The position numbers were made by a program, and so were the translations under genes. Positions 12,982-24,879 of a stretch of 64,000 nt of DNA are shown here, piece after piece; position 1 is the first letter of the stretch; every line of letters starts with the position of its first letter. The DNA comes from Callorhinchus milii (taxonomy: Eukaryota), in the NCBI RefSeq assembly GCF_018977255.1, contig NW_024704743.1:54438001-54502000 (forward strand). Reading direction: 5' to 3'. The notes below the pieces were generated by a model, which searched no databases, was not told where the DNA came from, and worked only from the letters and a program-made list of their open reading frames with translations.

Positions 12982-13845
12982 ACAACAACAACTTTATTTA
13001 TATAGCGCCCCAGAGTGCTCGACTTTGGCGGAGCATGATGCCAAGCTCGGGGGAGGTGATCGTAGGTAGGGTCAAAAGAGAAGGTCTTTAGGCACGACCT
13101 GAAGATGAGGAAGGAAAGGGCAAGATGGAGGGATAGAGGAAGAGTGTTCCAGAGTTTAGGGGCATAGTGGATGAAATATAACTTGAAAATTACTTGATAT
13201 TTTACAAATTGTGAAGAAGAGGCATTCACAGACTCACAGACACCAATGTTGGAATGGTAGGCACAAAGGGACATGTAGACGGCCGCAGCCAATCGAGCGG
13301 AGGCAGCGGGACGTGGGTTGGCAGGTCAGAGAGATAGAGAGATGCCAGGATTGAAAACAAGTGTGAGGATCTTGAAATTGATTCATTCAGCAGTAGGGAG
13401 CCAGCGGTACGGAGTCTAGTACAGGGGAATATACGAGCGGCAGAGTTTTGTATCAACTGGATCCTGTGTATGGTGGAGCTGGGGAGATCGGCAAAGAGGG
13501 CATTTGAAATGTCAAGTAGGGAGGTGAAGAATGCATGGACGAGTGTTTCGGCTGCATGTCGGGTAAGGTACGGTTGAAGTCGGGCAATGTGACAGAAGTG
13601 GAGGAAGGTGGTCCTGGTCAGGGACCAGATGCAGGGAAAAAAAGACAGCTGTCGTTCGAACCTGACCCCTAGTTTCACACCGGTTCGATGAATCTGAGGG
13701 ATAGGCCGGGCAGGTTGAGGAGGTCAGAGCCGCAGGACAGAAGACACTGACAGGAGCCAAGGAGTATGGCTTCCGTCTTGTCAACATTTAGTTGTAAGAT
13801 GTTTGCACTCATCCAGGCCCCGATGTCCACCAGACAAGCCAACAG
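12982..13845 (-). mobile_element. L2 LINE ORF2 remnant, 3' part
   Basis: Minus-strand peptides HIARLQPYLTRHAAETLVHAF...IQLIQNSAARI and APKLWNTLP...FRSCLKTF are typical of the L2 ORF2 C-terminus. It has a (TTG)n tail and frameshifts. Confidence 0.85.
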
Positions 13846-15073
13846 GGACAAAATAAATTTTCACTTATAAAAATATGGATTAATAAAGGATAGCTAACAT
13901 GGATTTGTTAAAGGCAAATCATGTCTAACAAACTTGATAGAGTTTTTTGATGAAGTAACGGATGAAGGTAGTGCAGTTGATGTTGATGTAGTTTATATGG
14001 ATTTTCAAAAGGCGTTTGATAAAGTGCCACATAAGAGACTTCTAAGCAAAATAGAAGCCCACAGTATTAAAGGGACAGTGGCAGCATAGATACAGAACTG
14101 GCTGGAGACAGAAAACAGAGATTAGTGGTGAACGGTTGTTTTTCCGATTGGAGGGAAGGGTACAGTAGTGTCCCCCAGGGATCAGCATTGGGACCACTGT
14201 TGTATTTGCTCTATATAAATGAGCTGGACTTGTGTATACGGAGTACAATTTCCAAGTTTGCAGATGATACTAAGCTAGGAAAAATGGTGAACAGTGAGGA
14301 GGATAGTAGCAGACTACAAATGGACATAGACAGACTGGTAAAAAGGGCAGATATGGGCAGATGAAATTAATGTGGAGAAATGCAAAGTGATGCATTTTGG
14401 GAGGAAGAATGAGGAGAGGCAATATAAGCTAAATGGTACAATCTTAATGGGGGTGAAGGAACAGAGAGACCTGGGGGTTCATAAAAGTAAATCTTTGAAG
14501 GTGGCGGGACAGGTAGATAAAGCTATTAAAAAAGCACACGGGATACGAGGCTTTGAACTGTGTTCAGTTCTGGGCACCACACTGTCGGAAGGATGTCGAG
14601 GGTGCAAAGGAGATTTAGCAGAATGGTACCAGGAATGAGGGACTTCAGTTATCAGGAGAGGCTAGAGAAGCTAGGATTATTATCCTTGGAGCAGAGAAGA
14701 TTAAGAGGAGAGTTAATAGACGTTTTCAAAATTATGAGGGGATTCAATAGGGTGAACAAGGAGAAACTATTTCCACTGGCGGGTGGGTTGGTAACCCAAG
14801 GAGACCAATTTAAAATAGTTGTTAAAAGCAACAGAGAATAATTTTTTTTCACAAAGTGAGTTGTTTGGATCTGGAATGTATTGCTTGAAAGGGTGGTGGA
14901 AGCTGATTCAATAACAGCTTTTAAGAGGGAAGTAGATCATTATTTGGGGAGGACAATTTGCAGGGCTATGGGGAGAGCACGGGTAGTGGAATTGAATTGA
15001 ATAGCTCTTTTCAAAGAGCCGGCACAGTCACGATGGGCCAAATGGCCTCCTTCTGTGCCGTATAATTCTTATG
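13846..15073 (+). mobile_element. 5'-truncated CR1 LINE (reverse transcriptase pseudogene) nested in an L2
   Basis: RT motifs YMDFQKAFDKVPH, VPQGSALGPLLY, SKFADDTKLG, EKCKVMHFG and LEQRRLRGELIDVFKI, broken by stops and frameshifts. Has a CR1 tail, and AACAG is duplicated at 13841-13845 and 15074-15078. Confidence 0.92.
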
Positions 15074-15250
15074 AACAGAACATAGGTGGACCTGGAGTTA
15101 CAGCTGGAAGAGGAGAAGTAAATTTGTGTGTCATCCGCATACATGTGTCTGTAGATATCATCCCAAGAGGGAGCATATAGATGAGGAAGAAGAGGGGGCC
15201 AAGGATGGAGCCCTGGGGTAGAAATTCAGGTGACCAGGTGGGGATGGGAG
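15074..15250 (-). mobile_element. L2 LINE RT core remnant (continuation of 12982-13845)
   Basis: Minus-strand PQGSILGPLFFLIYMLPLG followed by a frameshifted MYADDTQIY. Confidence 0.8.
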
Positions 15251-16463
15251 GAAAAACTGTTTGAAGCAACAAAGTTAATTTGGTTTTTGACTGTGTCGAA
15301 CATGGTGGAGGATGAGGAAACAGAGGGAGCCCTAGTCACAGAGACGTCCTCCCGAGGTGAAAAGTATGATATCAATGTAAATTGTATTATGGTTTTGATC
15401 AAATATGAGTTGCAAATTTATTTGCAAATTAGTAAACGTAACTAACTGCTAGTAGTTTTCACTGGAAAAATATCTCACCAACTATTATCTCTTATATTTG
15501 GATGGCGAGCTGTAAATGGTGCTAAAAGGAATCCAGGCTACTTATATATGTCAAGCACATGTTCTTAATTGATTCTACTTAGAACCAGTGTGAATCAACA
15601 TAGCTAATTGTTTCAAATACTTCTGAGTGTTCCATAAATATTCATATAAAACTAAGATGTAGGTAGTATTTCAGATTAACAACTAGAAATCAGAAACATA
15701 TTGTAATTGTTATATCCTGCCCTCGATCTTCTTAAATGAACATTCTGAGTTGTTAATTCCTGTTCAATACAATACAATGCACATTTACATTTGTATGGCG
15801 CCTTTCATGTCGGGAGGACGATCGAAGGCAATTGACATTCCTGGCTTGGAACCCAAAGTAAACTTTTTTTGTTCAGTACAAAACGTACTTTTTGATTACT
15901 TGAGACATCCACAACCTCATGTTTTACAGACAAGTTCTGAATCAGATCCTAAATCCTAATATAGGATTTATTTTACTTCCATGAATGCAGCTGGATAGAA
16001 ATTTCAAAGCACTTAGAATTTGTGTTGTGTTGATATTCTGGACAAAGAAATTAAATTGTCTGACATAAGAATTAGCTGATTCTGTGTATATATTAAATCA
16101 AACGGTAAAGCATAGTAACTTACTCATTTTAAGCTATTCTAATAACTTTCTGTTTTCCAGTATATGAAACTCTGCCAGTTATATCACATCTGCTCTCAGA
16201 TTTAGAGCTTAACTATGCTCCATCCCTATAACATGTGTGTGAAATGGGTGGTCCTCAATCAAAATCAGGCAGAATTATATACTGGAGGAAGAAAACAAAG
16301 GGTGGTATAATTAACTGGTTTCAGCTGATGAAAAGATGTTGAGGTTCTGAAAGTTTTTGTATTTTTCTGTGAATTTCTGTTAGCCAAAACAAAAATTAAA
16401 TTGTCATATAAAAAAGTATTTGATACCAAAATATGCTGTGCAATTTGAGATTTGCTAAGGATA

Positions 16464-16717
16464 CCCCAATCATGATCTCACTATCCCCAATCATGATACT
16501 GAGCTCCATTAATACATCTCTGACAATTTCACCTTTGGGGAACTTTAAGCACCTTATGAAGTTCTGGTTCCTGTAACATGACAAGATTTCTACTCAAAAC
16601 CCATTGTCCCATTCATGATCTCTTAGACCCATCTATTCACCTTCATGATTTTGCCACTCCCATTCATGTTCTCACTATCCCCAATCATGTTCTCACTATC
16701 CTCATTCAGGATTTCAC
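16464..16717. repeat. Degenerate 21-bp minisatellite (CCCCAATCATGTTCTCACTAT)
   Basis: Unit is visible in tandem at ~16464-16497 and ~16659-16717, with decayed copies between. Confidence 0.7.
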
Positions 16718-19218
16718 GTGATTCCTGCACATTCAAGCTGTCACATTGAGGAAGGCCTACACTTACTCAAACTATCTGCTCCCACATTCTTTCTCTTTCT
16801 TTCATCCTCTAGCCTCATCTCTGCTTAGCAAAGTAGAATTACCATTGCACCAACCTATCATCAGTAGGGCACAACAAACCTATCTCATGACAATCCAAAA
16901 CCAACTCACATTGCCTATTAGTTAGTGAACAATCCAACTCTTGGTGAATTCTGTATCACAATGAAAGGAATAGCCAGCATTGAAGGATTAAAAAGCAATA
17001 TAGCTATGAAGGCTTGGTCACCATAAGCTAGTTATCCCTTAAAGCAGTGATTGGATCATTGTACACCATAGGAGTCTAAGTTATGAATGAAAACAGTTTT
17101 TTTTTATTTATAATGCCAGAGATAAAGGTTTCTGTTTTAGTTATCAGCACAAGTTAAATATTTTAAAATGGCTGTGATTATCTGTTGTTGTTTGTTGTTG
17201 TTGACTATCTGGTAATTTAATTGGTAATATTTCATATTTAAAATAACTACTACTCTACAGGCTCAAATAACAGCCTTCTGTTTGCAGTATTCACAAAGAA
17301 ATGGAAGTGGAAAACATTGTTTTTGCCAAAAATGTTCCACAGTCCTCTCCTCATTAGCAATAAGGTTTCCTCTATAAAATAATGTGTGTCTGGAGATTTT
17401 ATTTAAGTTACAACTCCATGAGCCTACTTGCCAAAATTGTATTACATTTAGTAGCTGTATTAGAGAAACTACAATATCATGCTACTTAGATGATTTGAGT
17501 TGCACTCTGGATTTATTACTTATGTTTATTACATAAATATGAGGAGTGCACCTTCCCAAAACTTTTATAAAAGGAATGGGTTATGTTCTTGCAAATAAAA
17601 CTGATGTTATTAGTTGTTCAACACAATACCCTGCTGTGCACATTAAATTCATTGACATGTCTTCTTGGCTGTTGTGGCAGATTGCTGTGTGCAAATTGAC
17701 TGCGACGTTTGCCTACATAAACATACAGTCATTATACTCATGGCCAGTGAATGTTGTGAAGCACTTAGAGAAATCTCTCTTGATGACGTGATAAGGACAG
17801 CAGGAGAAATTCTCTTCCCTTTTTGAATCGTACCATGGCAGCTTTAATGTTAATCTAAGCAGACAGACAAGATATTGGTTTAACATCTCAACTGAAGGAC
17901 AGCAAGTTGAACAATATCGCATTCCCTAGCATTGCACTGGAGTGTTAGTCTGGACTGTGAGTTCAAAGTCATGACATACAGCTTAAACCCACAACTTTCT
18001 GACTCAAAGACAAAAGTGCTATCTACTGAACCAGGTTGACAGGTTGACATAGTACCATTAGCTCTTTTGTTTGGCTTACCTGTATTGCTGAAGATTACTC
18101 CTGGATGTTACCTTCCTGTACTGAACCTCAATCTGTTAAGAGTGCCAACAGTAACACAAAGCTGTATTTCTACTTAAAGATTTTACCATCCCCACTCAGG
18201 CAATGATAAAGCAATCCCAATTACCTTCTCCAACAGATTTAACTGATCCCAGTTAATCCAGATAACTGCAATTCATGATTTTCCAAGAAAAAAAAGGAGG
18301 TTAGAATCAGAACTCTGCTTCAACATGGATTGCTCAAAATAGAAAAGAAAGATAAATACGACTATTAGCAATGCAAGCAGTTTGACTCATTTGATTAGCA
18401 ATTCAATTTAACTTTATATGCAAACAAATTTGCAAAAATGTCTTGCATTCTCCAAGTGCAGTTTGGCAGTAGATGGGCTGTATTTATTGTCTTCAATGCT
18501 AAAAATAACAATTGGAAAACATGTTTTCTTCGATCCAGAGACCGAAATTTCTCATGGCCTTAGTCTAAAGGCCGTTGCCTTAAAAATGTAAAAACATGCA
18601 AATTTATGGAAAAATTTTAAATTCAGTCTGAATTTGAAAGCTGGTTTTCCAGAGCTCTTAAGGCATAAACAATTTCTGGCTTCAACATTCTGCACAATGG
18701 GTGTGAAAAAGATAAGGGAAGTGATTGTTGGATGAACAGAATCATTGCTGTTTATCTATATTTAAAGAAGATTACAATGAAAAAGGGTAAATATACATTC
18801 AGTGATGCAAAGTGTTAAAATATTTTTGATTTTTTAACATCCACTCATAAAATACTTTCTCCAAAAATAATTAATGCCTGGGAAACAGCTGTAAATAAGG
18901 CACGATATGTTTAGAATTCTGATCTGCCTTTCGGAAAATACAGAACATATACATATACAGAACTCTCAATTTTTTTATTCGAACATTCTTAAGAATGGTG
19001 ATGTGTTTTCGTGTGAATCAGATGCGTGGCTGACCAAAGCAAAATTCAGCAATGAGAGGCGGGGCAAATGTTAAAATCCTATCAAGTGAACTCAGTCATA
19101 AACGTGTGCTGCCCACATATTTTGTTTACCGGATAATTTTATTATTTCAAACTAATTAAAAATTAATGATCTCCCATGACATTGTTCAAAGATAATTTTT
19201 AATAATAATCTTTAAATC

Positions 19219-19926
19219 CCTCCATAGTCTGGCACTATGCTACCTCTGGGACCTCCTCAAACCTTATCAAGCCAGCCCCTCCCTTCTGCTTCATCTCCCC
19301 TGTCCCACCCTCCCCACTATTAGCAGTCGAGTTTCAGCGAATGTGCTGCACTCTCTGGAACTCTATCTTGGGAGTCCCTTCGATGCTCACTTTCCCTTGC
19401 CTCCTTCAAGGTCCACCTCAAGTCCTTCTTCCTTGACCCCTCTCACAGTCCATCCCTTTGGCCCTCATTCCCAGCTTGGGTGCAAACCTTAAACTGGAGT
19501 CCTGTAACCCAGTGGTTAGAGCACTTGCCTCGCAAGCAAGAGACCTGGATTGGATTCCCAGCAGGGTAAAATATTGGGTAAGTTTCCTTACTCCACACGC
19601 CTCTGCTTACTGAGCAATAATTAGGAACCTGGTTGTTAGTTGATTGGTGGATTGCTTTTCCGGGGGTAATGATTCCTTCAAAAAANTAATAATAATGAAT
19701 TGGTCACTTCAGTCCATGAGTGTCCTCACTGTTTGTTGGACAATTGGCTGCCACGTTTCACCCACAAATATACAGTCAATCCACTTTACAGTATATTCTG
19801 TGAAGCACTTTGAGACGTCTTGAAGATGTGATAAAGTGCTATATCAAATGCAAGGGTTATTATTATTATTATTATCCAGCTCCTTGGGACATCCTCCCAA
19901 CGTGGAAGGTGCTGCATAAATGTGAA
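19219..19926 (+). mobile_element. L2 LINE 3' fragment interrupted by a SINE
   Basis: L2 body at 19219-19494. The L2 terminal segment TCCAGCTCCTTGGGACATCCTCCCAACGTGGAAGGTGCTGCATAAATGT resumes at ~19875. Confidence 0.7.
19495..19874 (+). mobile_element. Young tRNA-derived SINE, long variant
   Basis: Same head and tail as the 9268 copy, plus the ~65-bp internal segment (CTCTG...TTAGGAACCTGGTTGTTAGT...TTTTCCGGGGG). Confidence 0.9.
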
Positions 19927-20639
19927 TATATACTTGTATAATAGCTTTTTAGAATAATTTCCATTACATGATATTTTTTGCAAATCAGAAAGTCAGAAGC
20001 AGATGTATGAAGAATTATTTACATGCACTTTAGTAGTGCACATAGATAATTAAAGAATAACTAATTAAATACCAGTGGCATTAATGATGATATTTATGTA
20101 CAGACTCTATCTCTCTGGCCACCCTCCAACACTGCAATGGGGATGCATTGAGGGTCATAGATGTGAAATATGCTATCCATATATGATGGAATTGACTGCA
20201 CAAGATACAGTCAAACATGTTGCCTTCCTATCCCCACAAGTTGTTGATTTGGATTGCAAATGCCGATGGAGGTGGAATTGGCAATGTTCCAAGCTAATTA
20301 ATCACAATTTTAATTTTAATCCACAATTAAAATGGAATCAGGGGTTTATTTGGATAAAGCTTGTTGTTAAAGCATTTGTCTTCTGTAAGAAACTGGAAGT
20401 GCAGAAGGAGTTTACTATGAGTTTGGTAGCGATAAAGGTTGTCTTATTGGCTCTAAGAGTAAAGTTGCCAAAACAGAGCAATGCAAAGTCTACTTCTAGA
20501 TTGTAGGGCAGCAGTGAACTGTGTGCATATCTTAATATGACAGATGTTTTTAAAACTTTCAAATATTAAAACTCTTAATCTTCTTTCATAGTCATAAATC
20601 AAAGGTGAGTCACTGAAAATAAATAATCCAATTTGAGAT

Positions 20640-21070
20640 TCCATCATAGCAAATTTAGGATCCCAAATTCCATCTACCTTTGAAGAGTGAATTATGAAAT
20701 TTGTTGGAGAGTAAAATCACCCAAACTATTCTTACAATCCTAATTACAAATCCCATTATCACTGTAAAAAATTTAATTGGCCCTCATTAATGATTGATGT
20801 TCAAGTCACCTATAATTTAAGCTGTAATTCGCTTTGTTTACATTGCTTTAAGGATAGTGCTGCTTTACAGCAGGTATATGTTGGCATAAATTGGTGCAGG
20901 CTATTATAGAAGGGACCATCATGGCTGCTTGCACAAAAGGTAGAACAGGAAACATGTTGTTTTGAGTGAAATCTTCTTGATTGTTTCGCTATTTCCGCCT
21001 TCAGCCATAAACACCTGCGGCTTCAACAAAAGTCATGATGGATATTTTTTAATAATAATCTTTAAATCTG
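20640..21070. promoter_or_regulatory. Candidate conserved non-coding element / enhancer
   Basis: Unique sequence with PBX-HOX-like TGATTGAT (20791-20798), overlapping SOX/FOX-like CTTTGTTTAC (20832-20841) and many TAAT cores. Conservation not tested. Confidence 0.4.
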
Positions 21071-21496
21071 TGTGCAGTGAGGTACAGCTTTATTTATCAG
21101 ATTTTCCTCTGCACGTTCAAAAAAATACTGGACACATGGGTAGGATAACTGAGGTACATGGGGATAAAATTGGAATATGGGACTAGGGTTAGGATCTAGG
21201 ATTGGAACTTATGTGGAGTATAAATACCAGATGAACTAGATGGCCTGTTTCTGAGTGGTATCTTCTATGAATCTATCAATTAGCACAGAGAGAATCTACT
21301 CTTTTTACATTCACGGTACTGAGATTGAGAAAGATTTAGCACTTAACATTATGGAGGTGATTAGAACAGTCCAAGCTACTATTGATAAGAGGGTTTATTC
21401 ATCCAATAAATTACATATTATAACATCTACATTAGTTACATATTCTATAGTGGAAGGTCTTCTGAAAGAAGACATTTTGAAGAATGCTTGCATTAC

Positions 21497-22220
21497 AATG
21501 CAAATTTACATTTATATAACATATTTCACATCAGGAGGACTTCCCAAGATGCTTAACAATAATAATAATAATCCTTGCATTTGATATATCGCTTTTCACA
21601 TCTTCCAGTCGTCTCAAAACACTTAACAGAATATACTGTAAAGTGAATTGACTGTATATTTGTAGGCGGCAGCAGCCAATTGCACACAGTAGCGTCCCAC
21701 AAACAGTCGTAGATTGAGGTGACCAACTCATTTTTTTTGAAGAATTATTGTCATGGCGTGTGGAGTAAGGAAACTTGCCCAGGGTTTCGTCCTGCTGGGA
21801 ATCGAACCCAGGGCTCTCATTTGCGAGGTGAGCGCTCTAACTACTGAGTTACAGGACTCCATAATGGCTTGGACCCAGAGATGAGGGTGAGAGTGGAGGG
21901 AATGGGGTGGTGAAAGATGAAGTAAATTCAAAGGGGTAGGTCTGGATACAGACCTTGAATGAGGTGAGAGAGAGAGAGTCAGATGGAGTTCAAAAGAGTA
22001 AGGGCAGATAGGCTAAAAGCCCATCTGCTGATGGTGGTGCGAATAGGGTGGGTGATATGAAGCAGGCCAGTGCCTACTGAGTGAATGGAGTGGCTGGGTC
22101 GGTAGGGTTTGAGAGGTTAGCAGAAGGCTAGGGCAAGACCGTGGAGGGATTTAAACCCGAGAACGAGGATCTTGAACTTGATCAGGTTGGGGAGCCAATG
22201 GAGCTGGACTGGAATAGTGG
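21497..22220 (-). mobile_element. L2 LINE 3' fragment interrupted by a SINE
   Basis: L2 terminal segment at 21497-21555 and purine-rich L2 body at 21862-22220, both on the - strand. Confidence 0.65.
21556..21861 (-). mobile_element. Young tRNA-derived SINE, short variant
   Basis: Reverse complement of the SINE consensus, from (AAT)n through to ACAGGACTCCA. Confidence 0.9.
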
Positions 22221-22698
22221 TTGAGAAAAGATTAGCTCATCTGCTTTCACACAAGACCAGCACATCCTTTGTTTCAAAGCAAAGCAACTCCTCATAAATC
22301 CTGAACAGCAAACATCTAATATAAACTTCCTGAATGTGGTAGCCTAGAGTCACTAGATCTTTATCATTAACAATAAATAATTCTTATAATAATGCACTTC
22401 TCCAGCGTTGTGATAGAATGCTAGCCTAGACTGAGGTCAAAGTACCGACGTGGGGCTTGGACCCATAACTTCTGGTTCAGGGACGAAAGTGCTGGCAATT
22501 GAGGCAGGCTGACATCTTTGGATCTCAGAGAAAGGCGAGAATTTTCTTCAAAACATGTGGTCACTTGGCTGTTGCCATTCTGTTCCCTGACACGTGTTGG
22601 ACTAGTGGACACATATTAAATGTGCCCTGGCATCTCTTGGATCATCACCAATCGACTGCTGCAGACATCGACTTTCCTCCAAGAAGCCACTTCACTTT

Positions 22699-23059
22699 TA
22701 ATAATAATAATCCTTGCATTTGACACAGTGCTTTATCATGTCTTCGAGACGTCTGAAAGTGTGTCACAGGGTATACTGTAAAGTCATTTGACTGTATATT
22801 TTGTGGGCGAAATGCAACAGCCAATTGTGCACAGTAGTGTCCCACATTGAGTGACCAAATTATTATTATTATTTTGAAGGAATTATTAGCCCCGGAAAAG
22901 CAATCGGCTAATCGACTAACAACCAGGTTTCTAATTACTATTAGGTAAACAGAGGCATGGAGTAAGGAACCTTGCCCATCGTTTTGCCCTGTTGGAAATC
23001 GAACCCAGATTTCTCGCTTGTGAGGCGAGTTCTCTAACCACTGTGCTACAGGACTCCAC
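22699..23059 (-). mobile_element. Young tRNA-derived SINE, long variant
   Basis: Full-length reverse-strand copy including the internal segment. Confidence 0.9.
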
Positions 23060-24879
23060 AAGTAAGCACCAGCTCATTTGCAAAACTAATCCTGTTTGGG
23101 AAGTGTTGTCTTCCACTCAACTACTCCTGTGACATTGCATTTTTCCAACTACCAGGTGTTTGGAGGCTGCTTCTGTCAATGGTACTGAAAATGGGCAGGC
23201 TTTTGTCAAAGGTGCAGCAAGCATCGGGCTGCAGGTGGAATTGCTCCAGGCAGTATGGAGGAAGCTATGTTATGTACATCATAGCCTTTTTTGTAAAGGC
23301 TAAACGAAACCCAGAAGTCTGAGTGATCTGTTGAACAGCCTGAAGCTTATCAAGATTATGGAGTACTTAAAGTGACCCCCACTTCTCTCTACCACCCCCC
23401 CCCCACCCCCTTCCACCACCACCACCACCGTGGATAACTCTGTTTGAGTTACTACCATCTTTATGATTCAAAAATGTCAGCAACGACTTGGACATTGGTT
23501 TAAGACTCCTGTGGAAAGTTCACATCCCCATAGATACATTCCAGCAGTTTTTTTTGCCCACAGATGAGGAAAATAATGGTAATGAACTGTTGCAGTGTAA
23601 TACATTCCTTTTAGGCTGATGGTCACAGTAATTGTAGTACTGTAGTTTGCCATTATTTCAACATGATTTCAATTCTTAAAATGCTTATTTGTAGTGGCAT
23701 CTTTATATCTCTGTCTGTTTATTTAACATCTACTCTGTTGATTGTCCTTTGGATGCTATAGACATGGGTACATTGGTTCTAATGCCATTATTCATTATTA
23801 ATTCCCAATTGGCCAACAATCTAAAATCTTTGCAACAATCTTTTAAATTTAATGCTATTTGTTATAATTTTGCATCTCTGTCTGGTTTCAGTTTTTCCAA
23901 ATGCCTCCATGACCCACTTACAATAATCCTTGCATTTGATATAGCATGTTATAATGTAGTCTAGGCATCTCAAAGCTACTTCCAAAATAGCTACAAATCT
24001 CAGCCTACTCCTGAGTCACTTGTATTGAGCCTGGTGCCCACTGCTTTCTCTAAGGTACAAACCCATACTGGCCTGGAACAAACAATTCACAAAATTAAGA
24101 CATTTTGTTTCTTGGTCTCTTGTATAGGTGAAAATATCAGCAATCTCACCAATTTTATTTTCCAATTATAGTTTGATTAATGATGGAATATAAAGGGTTA
24201 AATAAAAGAAATAAAATAAAAGTTGCAGAAAACTAAATACAAATGTTACCAGTTTCAAAGTGTGATTTTAATAGCTGGTTTTAATTGGAACAAGCAGGAA
24301 GTAAGTACTCTTTTCTATGTCTTTTCTCTTTGCAAACCTGCTGTAAGAGGGTCTTTAACTGTTTGTTTCTCTGTTTTCTCTTTCTCTCTCTCTCTCACAC
24401 ACACACAAACACACACATAAGTGTTCCCATAGCCCTATTTGGAACCTACTACGTCTACGCTTGTTCTTTGAACTTTAACAAACCATTCAAAGATGGTAGC
24501 CCTTTGAGCATTGAACTCAGGTTTATGAACTTCAAAGAGCTATTTAATATATGGAGAGAGAGAGAGAGAGAGGGAAAGAGAGAGGGATGAGCATCAGCAC
24601 TAACATTGTGTTTTGTTTGCAGCAGGATTTCTGTAACACTAGTCTCATTCACACCTTGGTGTGAATGGACATCATATAGCTGAAACAATAGTGTTGTTCA
24701 AAGGTCTGCTACCCTTTGTTTTTCCAGTTTTATTTCATGCAGGAATACAATGCTCACGTGTATTTCATGCTGAGCTGTATTACCCACCAGGATACTCAAG
24801 GAGTTTCTGGTAACTACCATCCACCTAGTGATGGCTCAAATCCATATTTGTTGGATTTCAAATGAACAACAACTGACTC

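Noticed and set aside
14125..14841. Reverse-transcriptase ORFs as a functional gene or retron-like system
   Set aside because: They are fragments of a 5'-truncated CR1 with stops, frameshifts and an internal deletion.
16464..16717. Possible CRISPR-like array
   Set aside because: Units are tandem without unique spacers, there are no cas genes, and the context is eukaryotic.
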